Shown: in pieces, positions 28,634 through 38,953 of the stretch
How the letters are laid out: the number at the start of each line of letters is the position of its first letter
Position numbering within the stretch: the first letter of the stretch is position 1
Assembly: GCA_040218735.1 (NCBI GenBank)
Contig: JAVJQW010000017.1
Coordinates: forward strand, 1 to 64,000
DNA from: Deltaproteobacteria bacterium
GTDB lineage: Bacteria; Myxococcota; Kuafuiibacteriia; Kuafuiibacteriales; Kuafuiibacteriaceae
Length of the DNA stretch: 64,000 nt
Reading direction: 5' to 3'
Notes under the pieces: model-generated
What the model was told of the DNA's origin: nothing
Databases searched by the model: none
The model's input: only the letters and a program-made list of their open reading frames with translations
Made by a program: the position numbers and the translations under genes

Positions 28634-29365
28634 TCAGCGGGGACACCTCGCAGTCGCCGGGAGCGTCTGCTGCGACGTCACCCGCCCCACCGTCACGGTG
28701 ACGATCCCCGTGCTCGGGGTGTCACCATCGAACACGACGGTCGCGGTCGGCGCACCCTGGGAGACGATCACGATGTTGCCGGCGTCCGCGTAACAACCCC
28801 CGACCTCACTGTGCAGACCGTTCGCGGCGATCGTCACGTCGTGCTCCGCGTCCGCGTACGTCCCGGCGCCGTCGATCGTGAGCGCGTCGTTCGCGACCAC
28901 GAGCTGTCCGTCGAGCTGCACCTGCGTCGCGCCGTCGACGGTGAGGTCCACGTGGGTCTCCACCGAGCCGGGCGCCACGCCGACGCTGACGTCGCCGGCG
29001 TAGACCACGCCGTCGACCGCGAAGTCGTCGAAGACCACCGACACCATCGCGCCGGTCATCGTGGAGATCACGATCGTGTAGTCACCGGCGTAGACATGCG
29101 CGCCGACTTCACACGAAGCGCCGAAGTCCAAGTTCAACCCCATGGGGACCGCCGTGATGTTCACGCACGACATGTCCGAGACGCCGACCGGCGCGCGCGG
29201 TTCGCGCATGTCCTGAGCTTCGGCGGCGTCGGCGCCGGTGCTCGCGCCCATCGTCAGCGCGGCGGCGCTCTGCCCTGCGATGTACGCCGCGTCCTCGGCG
29301 ACCTGGTCTTCGGGAGAGGCGCCACACGCGGTGAGGAGGGCGAGACCCATGAGCATCTTCTTCAT
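28634..29365 (-). CDS. Beta-rich lipoprotein, unknown function
   Basis: MKKMLMGLALLTAC lipobox; LDFGASC and GCYADAG motifs. Confidence 0.8.
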   Translation of the reverse strand: MKKMLMGLALLTACGASPEDQVAEDAAYIAGQSAAALTMGASTGADAAEAQDMREPRAPVGVSDMSCVNITAVPMGLNLDFGASCEVGAHVYAGDYTIVISTMTGAMVSVVFDDFAVDGVVYAGDVSVGVAPGSVETHVDLTVDGATQVQLDGQLVVANDALTIDGAGTYADAEHDVTIAANGLHSEVGGCYADAGNIVIVSQGAPTATVVFDGDTPSTGIVTVTVGRVTSQQTLPATARCPR

Positions 29366-29416
29366 GCTCGTGGGACCCGCACCTCACCGGGCGGCTGCCA
29401 ACATTTCAGCGGTGTC

Positions 29417-31270
29417 TCAGTCGTGAACGCTCCACGCGCGGAGCGTCCCGGAGTCACCGAACGCGTCGGTGTCGAACAGACAGAACGTCCACGCGCCGGA
29501 CGCCGAGCCGGAGAACCCGCCCACGGCTTCGTCGGTGAACCCGAACGAGCCGCCCTGACGGGGGAACGTCCCGGTGCCGAACACCTCCACCGTGGTGCCG
29601 TTGTGCTCCAAGGTGCCGCGCAGGATCGAGCGCCAGTCGTGGACGCCGTCGAGATCCATGCGGAGGTCCGACGCGTCGCCGCTCGCGGAGACGTTGATCG
29701 TGTCGCAGACCACGCCGTTGTCCTGCGTCGCGAGGTTCGGCGAGCTCGAGCCCGACCACCCCGTGTTCCCGCCGCCGCCGTTGCAGCTCGCGGAGAGCGA
29801 GAAGGACCACGTGTCGAGCGTGCCGACGTCCTGCCCCGCGAGGTCGCGAACCGAGAGGCGCCACGCGCCGGACGCGCTCTCGCCGTCGAACGCGGCGAGG
29901 TCCAGGTCGTTGATCACCACGTCGTCGGCGCTACGGCCTTCGCGGTTGTGCAGCGTGACGGTGGTGCCGGCGGGCGAGGTGAGCTGCACGGTGAGGTCGC
30001 CACGCCAGGTGTGGGTGATCGCGAGTGACACCGTGAAGTCGGTGATGGTGCCGACGCCGTTGACGTTGATCGTCGACACCACGCCGCCCGCGTTGTTGTC
30101 CGGGATGCCGACCGGCGTGTCGATCGAAGTGCGCGTCCCCGACGCGCAGTTGCTGTTGCCGTTGTTCGTGATCACCGAGATGCTCGCGACGTTGCTGACC
30201 GCGCCCGCATCGTCCTGCGCCTGCGCGCTGATCGTGCCCGGGCCATCGCCGGAGCTCGCGCTGTTCCAAGTCACCTCGAAGGGCGCCGAAGTGTCGTCGA
30301 GGCGCGTGCCGTCGGGGAACAGGAACGCGACGCGGGTGACGGTTCCGTCGGCGTCGGACGCGTTCGCACGTACCGTGACGTTTCCGCTGAGGGTGGCGCC
30401 GTTGGACGGCGACACGATGCTCACGGTCGGCGGGACGTTCGGGCTGACGTTGCTCTGAATCCACGCGCTGAACGAAGAGACACGCGCGTACATCCCCGGG
30501 AAGCGTGCGTCGGCGCAGCCGAAGCCCCAGCTCACGACACCCGCGAGGAGACGTCCACCGTTGCCGTCCGGAACGGTGAGCGGGCCGCCGCTGTCGCCCT
30601 GGCACGAGTCACGACCGCCGACGCCGAGCAGGCCCGCGCCGATCTGGTCGGAGGTGATGCCGCCGCCGTAGGCCTGGTTCGCCTGGTCCTGCGAGACGAT
30701 CGGCACGGTGACCTCCTGCAGCGTATCCGGCGAGGAGCCGCCTGAGCGCAGCGTACCCCAGCCGCTGACGATCGCGTTCACGCCGGGGTCGGTGAGGCCG
30801 TTCATGGCGTCGCCGGCGGTGGCGATCGGGATCGCCTGCACGTTGCCGTTGAAGCTGAGCGGCTGCGAGAGGTGGAGCAGCGCGACGTCGCGTCCGCGCT
30901 CCGGCTCGATGTACCCCGGGAAGGGGAGGAGCTGATCGACCGAGCGAACCTGCGCGCTGCCGTTGATCGACGAGCGACGCGTCACACCGGCCGCGATGCG
31001 GAGCGTGGAGACCGACGTCCCCTCGATGCAGTGCTGCGCGGTGAGCACCCAGTCGGGCGCGATGATGGAGCCGCCGCAGAACCAACCGAAGTTGGTCGAC
31101 CCGACGGAGACCTGCCACGGGTGCTGGCTGATGGAGGTGCTCTGTCCGCCGACGATGGCGGACTTACCGACCCCTTCTTCAACGGGCGACTCCTGGGGTG
31201 CCTCCGGGGGAGTAGGCACACACGCTGCGATCGAAGAGACGAGGACAACGGCGAGTCGCTTGTGTTTCAT
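29417..31270 (-). CDS. Secreted trypsin-like S1 protease lipoprotein with Ig-like domain and two proprotein-convertase P-like domains
   Basis: Lipobox IAAC; IVGG, LTAQHC, DVALL, CQGDSGGP; PPTVSIVSP Ig-like domain; ITHTWRGDL...G.W.L P-domain. Confidence 0.95.
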   Translation of the reverse strand: MKHKRLAVVLVSSIAACVPTPPEAPQESPVEEGVGKSAIVGGQSTSISQHPWQVSVGSTNFGWFCGGSIIAPDWVLTAQHCIEGTSVSTLRIAAGVTRRSSINGSAQVRSVDQLLPFPGYIEPERGRDVALLHLSQPLSFNGNVQAIPIATAGDAMNGLTDPGVNAIVSGWGTLRSGGSSPDTLQEVTVPIVSQDQANQAYGGGITSDQIGAGLLGVGGRDSCQGDSGGPLTVPDGNGGRLLAGVVSWGFGCADARFPGMYARVSSFSAWIQSNVSPNVPPTVSIVSPSNGATLSGNVTVRANASDADGTVTRVAFLFPDGTRLDDTSAPFEVTWNSASSGDGPGTISAQAQDDAGAVSNVASISVITNNGNSNCASGTRTSIDTPVGIPDNNAGGVVSTINVNGVGTITDFTVSLAITHTWRGDLTVQLTSPAGTTVTLHNREGRSADDVVINDLDLAAFDGESASGAWRLSVRDLAGQDVGTLDTWSFSLSASCNGGGGNTGWSGSSSPNLATQDNGVVCDTINVSASGDASDLRMDLDGVHDWRSILRGTLEHNGTTVEVFGTGTFPRQGGSFGFTDEAVGGFSGSASGAWTFCLFDTDAFGDSGTLRAWSVHD

Positions 31271-31686
31271 GTCGTGTCTTCAGCAGTCGGCATTCTCTCG
31301 CGGGGCCGTATCCGACGAATGAACGACGGTGAAATCTCGCCCCCAACGGTTTCGAAGCGTTCGTTCGAATGGACCGAACGATTAGTAGGCGTGGCGTCGA
31401 AGTCTCATCGCGATCGGTCTCAGGGCGAAGTCGCGATGCAAGGCGAGTTGACGTGACCACGATCGGTCACGATCCGGTCGCGCCCTACGGTGACATCGAT
31501 GTCTCAGGGGTGGTCGCGGCGCGCGGCGCCTACGACTTGGGCGCCCATTCGTCATCGGTCATCGGTCCATGAAGTTTGTGACGAATGACCCCTTTTCGAT
31601 GCGCTCCAATGTGCACGGCGCTCGTACGCGCGACTACGCAGGCGGTGCTTTCGCGGTGTCGCACCGGGTGGTAGTGGCTCGCCGAC

Positions 31687-32154
31687 ATGCCTTTGAACGA
31701 CGTGAAACTCGGGGAGAACGTCCGGGTCTTCCACCCGGATTTGGTCAACCTCTACGGCTGCCAAATCGGCGACGAGACCAAGATCGGCACCTTCGTCGAG
31801 ATTCAGAAGAACGCCTCCGTCGGCGCCCGCTGCAAGATCTCGTCGCACACGTTTGTGTGTGAGGGCGTAACGATCGAGGACGAGGTCTTCGTAGGACACG
31901 GCGTCATGTTCATCAACGACAAGGTCCCGCGCGCGACCGCCGAGGGCGGCCAGCTCCAGACGGAGGCGGACTGGGCGGTCGTCGAGACCGTCGTGAAGCG
32001 CGGCGCATCGATCGGCAGCGGCGCGACGATCCTCTGCGGCGTCACGATCGGTGAGGGCGCGATGGTCGGCGCGGGCGCCGTGGTCACGAAGGACGTCGCA
32101 CCCAACGCGACGGTCGCCGGCTGCCCGGCGCGCCTCCTCGCACGCCAGCCCTGA
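31687..32154 (+). CDS. Hexapeptide sugar N-acyltransferase (WbpD/FdtC-like)
   Basis: VNLYGC, FVEIQK, SHTFVCEGV, MFIND, VAGCPAR. Confidence 0.92.
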   Translation: MPLNDVKLGENVRVFHPDLVNLYGCQIGDETKIGTFVEIQKNASVGARCKISSHTFVCEGVTIEDEVFVGHGVMFINDKVPRATAEGGQLQTEADWAVVETVVKRGASIGSGATILCGVTIGEGAMVGAGAVVTKDVAPNATVAGCPARLLARQP

Positions 32155-32179
32155 GAACCCGTCCCCAAGAACCCGTTCG

Positions 32180-33259
32180 ATGCGCATTCACGTCATCAGC
32201 CCGATGTGGCCGTCCACCGAGTCGACCCACACGGGGGTGTTCGTGAAGAACCTCTCGACGTCGCTCGCGGCGCTCGGGTTCGACGTCGACAACACCGCGG
32301 TCCTCGCCGGCAAAGGCGCGGGCCGCCGCGGTCGCCTCGAGAAACATGCGACCCTCGGCGCGCGGATCCTCCGGCAGGCAAGACAACCTGCGGACTGCGT
32401 CCTCGTCCACGCACCCACCTGGTTCGCGCCGCTGATCGAAGCGGTGCGCAAGGACAAGAAGCTCGTCGTCCACACCCACGGCGGCGAGGTCTATCCGCAC
32501 TCGCGCATGGAGGCGCGCACGCAGCCCGCGGTGCGGTGGCTGTGCCGCCGCGCGGACCTCGTCGTCACGCCGTCGCGCTACTACCGCGGCGAGGTGCAGC
32601 GCGCGTTCGGCGTCGCCGAGGAGCGGATGTTCGTCTCACCGTCGGGCGGCGTCGACACGGAGCGCTTCGCGCCGCTCGACCAGACCACCGCCCGCGAGGG
32701 GCTCGGGCTGCCGGGCGCCTTCTACGTCGGGTTCATGGGGCGCATCGTCGACGACAAGGGTTGGGACGTCTTCGTCGACACGATCGGCACGCTGGTCCGA
32801 CGCGGGCACGACGTGCGCGGCCTCGTCGTCGGCCAGGGCGAGGCGCGCGAGCTCCTCCTCGAACGCGCCGCCGCGCGGTGTGTCGCGGAGCGAATCCACA
32901 TGCTCGGAACGGTCCCGCAGGCGGAGCTACGGCCCTACCTCGCTTCGCTCGACGTCTTCATGTTCCCCACGCGCCGCGGCGCGGAGGCGCTCGGTCTGGG
33001 GCCGATCGAAGCGCTCGCGACCGGCGTGCCGGTCGTAGGTTCCAACGCCTACGCGGTGCCGGAGTACGTCGTCGACGGTGAGACCGGGTGGCTGGCGCCC
33101 GCGCGCGACGTCGAAGCGTTCGCGGCTGCGGTCGAGCACGTGATCACGCTGGACGCGACGGAGCGCGCCGCGTTGTCCTCGCGCGCGGTCGAGATGGGGC
33201 GGCGCTACGATACGCGTCGCGTGACGGAGGCGCTGGCCGCGCGCCTGTTGGAGCTGTGA
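32180..33259 (+). CDS. Glycosyltransferase family 4
   Basis: HTHGGE, GVDTERF, GRIVDDKG, EALGLGPIEALATG (E-x7-E). Confidence 0.92.
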   Translation: MRIHVISPMWPSTESTHTGVFVKNLSTSLAALGFDVDNTAVLAGKGAGRRGRLEKHATLGARILRQARQPADCVLVHAPTWFAPLIEAVRKDKKLVVHTHGGEVYPHSRMEARTQPAVRWLCRRADLVVTPSRYYRGEVQRAFGVAEERMFVSPSGGVDTERFAPLDQTTAREGLGLPGAFYVGFMGRIVDDKGWDVFVDTIGTLVRRGHDVRGLVVGQGEARELLLERAAARCVAERIHMLGTVPQAELRPYLASLDVFMFPTRRGAEALGLGPIEALATGVPVVGSNAYAVPEYVVDGETGWLAPARDVEAFAAAVEHVITLDATERAALSSRAVEMGRRYDTRRVTEALAARLLEL

Positions 33260-34125
33260 TGGATCGATCGCTGATCATCGACGTCGGGATGCACGTCGGC
33301 CGGGACACGGAGTTCTACCTGAAGAAGGGCTTCCGAGTGGTCGCGGTGGAGGCCGACCCGCGGCACGTCGAGGCCGTGCAAGCTCGCTTGCGGAGCTACA
33401 TCGACGACGGGCGCCTCACGATCCTCAACGTCGCGATCAACACCTTCGACGGCGAGACGGACTTCTTCGTGAACCCCGAGCACGACGACTGGGGGACGGT
33501 GTCGCCCGAGTTCGTGCGACGGAACGTCGAGGTCTACGGCAGCCGCCACGAGACGGTGAAGGTGCGGTGCACGCGCTTCGAGAACGTGCTGAACGAGTTC
33601 GGCGTGCCCTACTACCTCAAGGTCGACATCGAGGGCCTCGACGACCTCTGCCTCGAAGCGCTCGACGGCTTCGACACCGCGCCGCGCTTCGTGTCGATCG
33701 AGCCGGATCAGAAGTCGTTCGAAGGTGCGTTCAACGAGCTGTCGATGTTGTGGCGGCTCGGCTACCGCGCGTTCAAGATCGTGAACCAGGGTCGCAACCG
33801 CGAGCTGCGTTGCCCCGACCCGCCGCGCGAGGGGGTGTACGTGGAGCAGCGCTTCGACGGCGCCTCGAGCGGCCTCTTCGGCGAGGAGTCGCCGGGGCCC
33901 TGGCGCGGCATCGAGGACACCGTGGTCGCGTGGCGCAGCATCCTCGCGCAGCAACGGCGCTTCGGCGACCAGGGCGGCTGGGAAGGCGAGTGGCGCGGCA
34001 CGCTCGCGCACAAACTCTACGAGCGCTACCGCCGCGTGCGGAAACAAGGGCCGCTGGGCTGGTACGACTTCCACGCGCGTCACCTCGACCCGGCGGGGCG
34101 GCGCTCGAACGTCACTTCGGCGTGA
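33259..34125 (+). CDS. FkbM family methyltransferase
   Basis: DVGMHVG, VVAVEADP, YLKVDIEG; ATG overlaps the GT4 stop. Confidence 0.9.
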   Translation: MDRSLIIDVGMHVGRDTEFYLKKGFRVVAVEADPRHVEAVQARLRSYIDDGRLTILNVAINTFDGETDFFVNPEHDDWGTVSPEFVRRNVEVYGSRHETVKVRCTRFENVLNEFGVPYYLKVDIEGLDDLCLEALDGFDTAPRFVSIEPDQKSFEGAFNELSMLWRLGYRAFKIVNQGRNRELRCPDPPREGVYVEQRFDGASSGLFGEESPGPWRGIEDTVVAWRSILAQQRRFGDQGGWEGEWRGTLAHKLYERYRRVRKQGPLGWYDFHARHLDPAGRRSNVTSA

Positions 34126-34167
34126 CGGACGGCATCGATCCCTCACCCGCCGCGAGGGGCACGCGAC

Positions 34168-34356
34168 TTGCTCTTTCATGCACCGAAGGAGCTCGCCTTG
34201 CTGCACCGACTGACACCCGACGGTGGACGGATCGACGACCACGCGCTCGACCGCTGGCGTGCGCTCGCGCCGCGATCTGCGGACGGCGCAAGCCTGCTGC
34301 TCGTGGCGCTCGTGCTGTTCGCGTTCCTGCGGGTCTGCGGCTGCACGATCGGGTGA
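34168..34356 (+). CDS. Possible small membrane protein or gene remnant
   Basis: 62 aa with a C-terminal hydrophobic helix; start unclear. Confidence 0.3.
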   Translation: MLFHAPKELALLHRLTPDGGRIDDHALDRWRALAPRSADGASLLLVALVLFAFLRVCGCTIG

Positions 34357-34465
34357 CGTCGTCACCGCACGGTGACCTCGCGCCCGCCGAGCGTTACCGC
34401 TTCGCTGTCGAACCGACGCAGCGCGAGCCGCAGCGCGTGGCACTCGGCTTGAAGACGCGTCGAGT

Positions 34466-35197
34466 ATGCTCCGAAAGCTGAACCTCGCCGCCCTCGCGCT
34501 CCTCCTCGGCTGCGCGTCCAACAACGCACCCCCACCGGCGTCCGCGCCCGCCACCGCAACCGAGATGGAGCCGCTGCACGCCGTGATGCAGCAGCACTTC
34601 GTGCACCTCGACGATCTCCAGAAGGCCGTCATCGCCGGTGACCTCACGCTCGCGAAGCAGTCGGCGCAGTGGGTGATGGACCATCACGTCGAGGTCCGCA
34701 ACGAAGGCTGGAAACCGCACCTCGCGAAGCTGGAGGAGGCCGCCGCGCACGTCACGCAGGCGCCGGATCTCATGCAGGCCTCGGTCGGCGCCGCGCGCGT
34801 CGCTGGGTCGTGCGGGAGCTGCCACGAAGCGCACGGAATCCGGATGCACTTCGGCGCCGTGCCCGCCGCCGAGGGCGACGACACCCGCGCGCACATGAAG
34901 CGGCACCAGTGGGCGGCCGACCGCCTCTGGGACGCCGTCGTCGGCAACTCGGACGCGGTCTGGAACGAAGCGACCACGGCGCTCTCGGACGCGCCGCTGC
35001 ACCTCGCAGACGGACGCGAAGGACCGACCGACCTCGCGCTCGAGATGATCAACGAAGCCGCGGAGGTCGTGCACCGTGTCGGCGAACAGGGCGAGCAGAC
35101 GAAGGGACGTGACGCCCGCGTCCAGGCGCTCGGTGAGTTCCTCTCCACCTGCGCCGCGTGCCACTCGCAGCTCGGGATCGATCCCGAGGCGCAGTGA
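34466..35197 (+). CDS. Diheme cytochrome c lipoprotein (two cytochrome c'-like helical repeats)
   Basis: Lipobox LLGC; CGSCH and CAACH, each at the end of a helical repeat. Confidence 0.85.
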   Translation: MLRKLNLAALALLLGCASNNAPPPASAPATATEMEPLHAVMQQHFVHLDDLQKAVIAGDLTLAKQSAQWVMDHHVEVRNEGWKPHLAKLEEAAAHVTQAPDLMQASVGAARVAGSCGSCHEAHGIRMHFGAVPAAEGDDTRAHMKRHQWAADRLWDAVVGNSDAVWNEATTALSDAPLHLADGREGPTDLALEMINEAAEVVHRVGEQGEQTKGRDARVQALGEFLSTCAACHSQLGIDPEAQ

Positions 35198-35200
35198 CGT

Positions 35201-35608
35201 TCAGATCGCGAGGCGGTCCGACGTGACCGGCCCGCGGAAGAAGAGCCCGCGCTTCGGTTGATTCGGTACGAGGGCGTCGGGTTTGTACACGACGCGAAGC
35301 TCGGTGGATGGCGGCGCCTTGGTGAAGGCCGTGTCGCCGACGGTGATCGTGTCGCCGTCCTTCGCGAGGTCGAGGGCGAATACCGCCTCCGCGCGTTGGC
35401 CGGCGTCGACCGTTACGAAGTCCTTCTTGCCCGGCAAGCCCATCGGTGTGCCCTCCCCGCCCACGAACTGGCCGCGCGCGTCGAGGAGCTCGACCACGAG
35501 GTAACGCGGGTGCGTGACCAACGTGACCGCGTCGCGGGTTCCGTTCTTGACGTCGACGAGGACACGTTCGCCCTCTCGACGCAGGTGCAGGCTCACCGAC
35601 TGACTCAC
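35201..35608 (-). CDS. Hypothetical beta-sandwich protein
   Basis: Normal composition from GTG at 35608; start uncertain. Confidence 0.6.
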   Translation of the reverse strand: MSQSVSLHLRREGERVLVDVKNGTRDAVTLVTHPRYLVVELLDARGQFVGGEGTPMGLPGKKDFVTVDAGQRAEAVFALDLAKDGDTITVGDTAFTKAPPSTELRVVYKPDALVPNQPKRGLFFRGPVTSDRLAI

Positions 35609-35739
35609 GGGCGCGACCTTCGCACGGCCGTGACCGTTCCGTGACCCGCGGATGCCCGCCATCACCCCGAAACTCCTTGACCGATCGGAACGTCCCTTCG
35701 ATAGAACGCACACGGGCCCACCTCGCCCGAATTCGAGCC

Positions 35740-36789
35740 ATGACGAAGACCAAGCTGGGGATGATCGGTTGCGGCTATTGGGGCCCCAACCTCCTGCGAA
35801 ACTACAACGCCCTCGAGTCGTGCGACGTCGTCCGCGTCGCGGATCGTGTCCCGGAGCGACGCGCGTTCATCGAGAAGAACTACCCGAACGTCGAAGCCGT
35901 CGAGGACGGCGCGCAGGTCCTCGAGGACGCGTCGATCGAGGCGGTGGTCGTCGCCACCCCTGCCGCGACGCACGGCGCGCTCGCGAGGGCGGCGCTCGAA
36001 GCCGGCAAGGACGTCTTCGTCGAGAAGCCGATCGCGATGAGCACCGAGGAGGCGATCGCCCTCGCCCGCCTCGCGGAAGAAAAAGGCCGGGTGCTGATGG
36101 TCGGCCACACCTTCCTGTTCAACGCCGCGGTGCGCGAGGTGAAGCGGCGCATCGACGAGGGGGAGCTCGGGCGCGTCTACTACCTCTACAGTCAGCGCCT
36201 CAACCTCGGCATCGTGCGCGGCGACATCAACGCCGCGTGGAACCTCGCGCCGCACGACGTGTCGATCGCGAACTACCTGATCGGCGCGGATCCGATCCGC
36301 GTCTCCGCGACGTCGGTGCAGGCGCTCCAGCCGGAGGCGCCGCGCCTCGACGACGTCGTGTTCATGTCGCTCACCTACCCGGGCGATGTCGTGATGCACA
36401 CCCACGTGTCGTGGCTCGACCCGCGCAAGGTGCGGACGATGACCGTCGTCGGCGACAAACGCATGATCGTCTACGACGACGTCGCGACCGACAAACTCGC
36501 GATCTACGACAAGGGCATCACCAAGGGTGACCCGGTGCCGGAGGAGCAGGCGACCAGCTTCGCGCGCCACCGCATGATCACCCGCGCGGGTGACCTCACG
36601 ATTCCCAACCTCCGCGTGCCCGAGCCGCTCGCCGTCGAATGCAAACACTTCATCGAGTGTGTGCAGACGCGCGCGACGCCGCTCACCGACGCGTGGTCCG
36701 GCGTCGCCGTGACCGCTGCGCTCGAGGCTGCGGACCGTTCACTCGAAAACGGCGGAGCGCCCGTCGACATCTCCATTCCCAAGCGCTGA
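35740..36789 (+). CDS. Gfo/Idh/MocA oxidoreductase (NDP-sugar dehydrogenase, WbpB-like role)
   Basis: IGCGYWGPN, FVEKP, LMVGHTF, NLAPHD, SWLDPRKVR. Confidence 0.93.
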   Translation: MTKTKLGMIGCGYWGPNLLRNYNALESCDVVRVADRVPERRAFIEKNYPNVEAVEDGAQVLEDASIEAVVVATPAATHGALARAALEAGKDVFVEKPIAMSTEEAIALARLAEEKGRVLMVGHTFLFNAAVREVKRRIDEGELGRVYYLYSQRLNLGIVRGDINAAWNLAPHDVSIANYLIGADPIRVSATSVQALQPEAPRLDDVVFMSLTYPGDVVMHTHVSWLDPRKVRTMTVVGDKRMIVYDDVATDKLAIYDKGITKGDPVPEEQATSFARHRMITRAGDLTIPNLRVPEPLAVECKHFIECVQTRATPLTDAWSGVAVTAALEAADRSLENGGAPVDISIPKR

Positions 36790-36815
36790 GTTTCCTACAC
36801 CGAGGGCAGGCACCC

Positions 36816-37943
36816 ATGACTACGAACGAAACCGTCCCCTTCGTCGACCTCGTCGGCCAGTTCCACCGCTACGAAGACGAGCTGATGACCGCCATCCGCG
36901 GCGTGCTCGAGAGCGCGTCGTTCATCGGCGGCAAACCCGTGAAGGACTTCGAGGCCGCGTGGGCCGAGTACTGCGGCACGAAGAACGCGGTCGGCTGCGG
37001 CAACGGCACCGACGCCATCTACCTCGCGCTCCGCGCGCTCGGCGTGGGCCCGGGTGACGAGGTCATCACGGCGGTCAACACGTTCATCGCGACGTCGGAG
37101 GCGATCACGATGACCGGCGCGAAGCCGGTGTTCGTCGACATCGACGACGCGACCGCGCTGATCGACGCGTCGAAGATCGAGGCGGCGATCACCGAGCGCA
37201 CGAAGGCGATCATCCCCGTGCACCTCTACGGGCAGCTCGTCGACATGAAGCCGATCCTCGCGATCGCCGAGAAACACGGGCTGAAGATCGTCGAGGACAC
37301 CGCGCAGGCGCACGGCGCGATCGACGACGGCAAGCGCGCCGGCACCTTCGGCGACGCGGCGACGTTTTCGTTCTACCCGGGCAAGAACCTCGGCGCGTAC
37401 GGCGACGGCGGCGCGGTCATCACGGACGACGACGCGCTCGCGGAGCAGATCCGCAAGATCGCGAACCACGGCCGCAGCACGAAGTTCGGTCACGAGATCG
37501 AAGGCGTGAACTCGCGCCTCGACGGCCTGCAGGCCGCGATCCTCGGCGTGAAGGTGAAACACCTCGACACGTGGATCGACGAGCGGCGCGCGGCCGCGGC
37601 GCGCTACGACCGCCTCCTCGCGGAGCTGGGCGACGCGATCGTGCTGCCCACGGTGCGGCACGCGACGTCGCACGTGTTCCACCTGTACGTCTGCCGCGTG
37701 CAGGACCGCGACGGGCTGCGCAAACACCTCGGCGAGCAGAACATCCAGAGCGGCATCCACTACCCGACGCCGCTGCACCTCCTCCCCGCGTACAGCCACC
37801 TCGGCCAGGGCGAGGGGACGTTCCCGGTCGCGGAGAAGATGGCGAAAGAGATCGTGTCGCTGCCAATCTCGCCGGAGATCACCGAGGCCCAGCAGGTGCG
37901 CGTCGCGAAGGCCGTCGCCGAGTTCGTGGGTGCGAGCCGATGA
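36816..37943 (+). CDS. DegT/DnrJ/EryC1/StrS sugar aminotransferase
   Basis: NGTDA, PVHLYG, EDTAQAHG, SFYPGKNLGAYGDGG, NSRLD. Confidence 0.95.
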   Translation: MTTNETVPFVDLVGQFHRYEDELMTAIRGVLESASFIGGKPVKDFEAAWAEYCGTKNAVGCGNGTDAIYLALRALGVGPGDEVITAVNTFIATSEAITMTGAKPVFVDIDDATALIDASKIEAAITERTKAIIPVHLYGQLVDMKPILAIAEKHGLKIVEDTAQAHGAIDDGKRAGTFGDAATFSFYPGKNLGAYGDGGAVITDDDALAEQIRKIANHGRSTKFGHEIEGVNSRLDGLQAAILGVKVKHLDTWIDERRAAAARYDRLLAELGDAIVLPTVRHATSHVFHLYVCRVQDRDGLRKHLGEQNIQSGIHYPTPLHLLPAYSHLGQGEGTFPVAEKMAKEIVSLPISPEITEAQQVRVAKAVAEFVGASR

Positions 37944-38953
37944 AGGCCGCGGTCGTCGGCGCCGGTTACTGGGGTCCGAACCTCATCCGCAACCTCCTGT
38001 CGACGCGACGCCTCGACAACGTCGTGGTCTGCGACATGGACGAGGCGCGCCTCGACAACGTGAAGCGTCGCTTCCCGTCGGTCGAGACGACGCGCGACTT
38101 CGACGCGGTCCTCGGCGACGAAGCCATCGAGGCGGTGCTCCTCGCGACGCCGATCTCCACGCACGGTCCGCTCGGCGTGCGCGCGATCGACGCGGGCAAA
38201 CACGTCTTCATCGAGAAGCCGCTCGCGTCGTCGGTGGAGGACGCGAACCAGCTCATCGAGGCGGCGAAGGCGAAGAGCCGCGTGCTGATGGTCGGACACA
38301 CGTTCGAGTACTCGCCGCCGGTGCTGCGCACGAAGCAGATCATCGACAAGGGTGAGCTCGGCGACATCTTCTTCATCTCGGTGATGCGCGTGAACCTGGG
38401 CCTGCACCAGCGCGACGTCTCCGTGATCTGGGACCTCGTTCCGCACGACTTCTCGATCCTGTTCTACTGGCTCGGCGAGTCGCCGTCGTTCATCTCGGCG
38501 TTCGGCCGCGACTGCGTGCAGACCGGCATCCCGGACGTCGCGTTCCTGAACCTGCGCTTCCCGAGCGGCGTCATCGCGAACATCGAGGTCGCGTGGCTCG
38601 CCCCGTCGAAGCTGCGTCGCACGGCGGTCGTCGGTCAGCGCAAGATGCTGGTGTACGACGACACCGAGAACATCGAGAAGGTGAAGATCTACGACCAGGG
38701 CGTCGACTTCCAGGACCCGGAGACGTTCGGCGAGTTCAACCTCTCCTACCGCACGGGTGACATCGTCAGCCCGAAGCTCCCCTCCGCGGAGCCGCTCGCG
38801 AAGGAGATGGAGCACTTCCTCGACTGCATCCAGACCGGCGAGACACCGCGCACGGACGGCATGTCCGGGCTGCGCGTGGTGGAGGCGCTGGAGGCGGCCG
38901 AGAAGTCGCTCGTTACGGGCAAGCCGGTGGAGCTCCCGGGGCGCACGTGGTGA
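37940..38953 (+). CDS. Second Gfo/Idh/MocA oxidoreductase
   Basis: VGAGYWGPN, FIEKP, LMVGHTF, DLVPHD; ATGA overlap with the DegT gene. Confidence 0.93.
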   Translation: MKAAVVGAGYWGPNLIRNLLSTRRLDNVVVCDMDEARLDNVKRRFPSVETTRDFDAVLGDEAIEAVLLATPISTHGPLGVRAIDAGKHVFIEKPLASSVEDANQLIEAAKAKSRVLMVGHTFEYSPPVLRTKQIIDKGELGDIFFISVMRVNLGLHQRDVSVIWDLVPHDFSILFYWLGESPSFISAFGRDCVQTGIPDVAFLNLRFPSGVIANIEVAWLAPSKLRRTAVVGQRKMLVYDDTENIEKVKIYDQGVDFQDPETFGEFNLSYRTGDIVSPKLPSAEPLAKEMEHFLDCIQTGETPRTDGMSGLRVVEALEAAEKSLVTGKPVELPGRTW

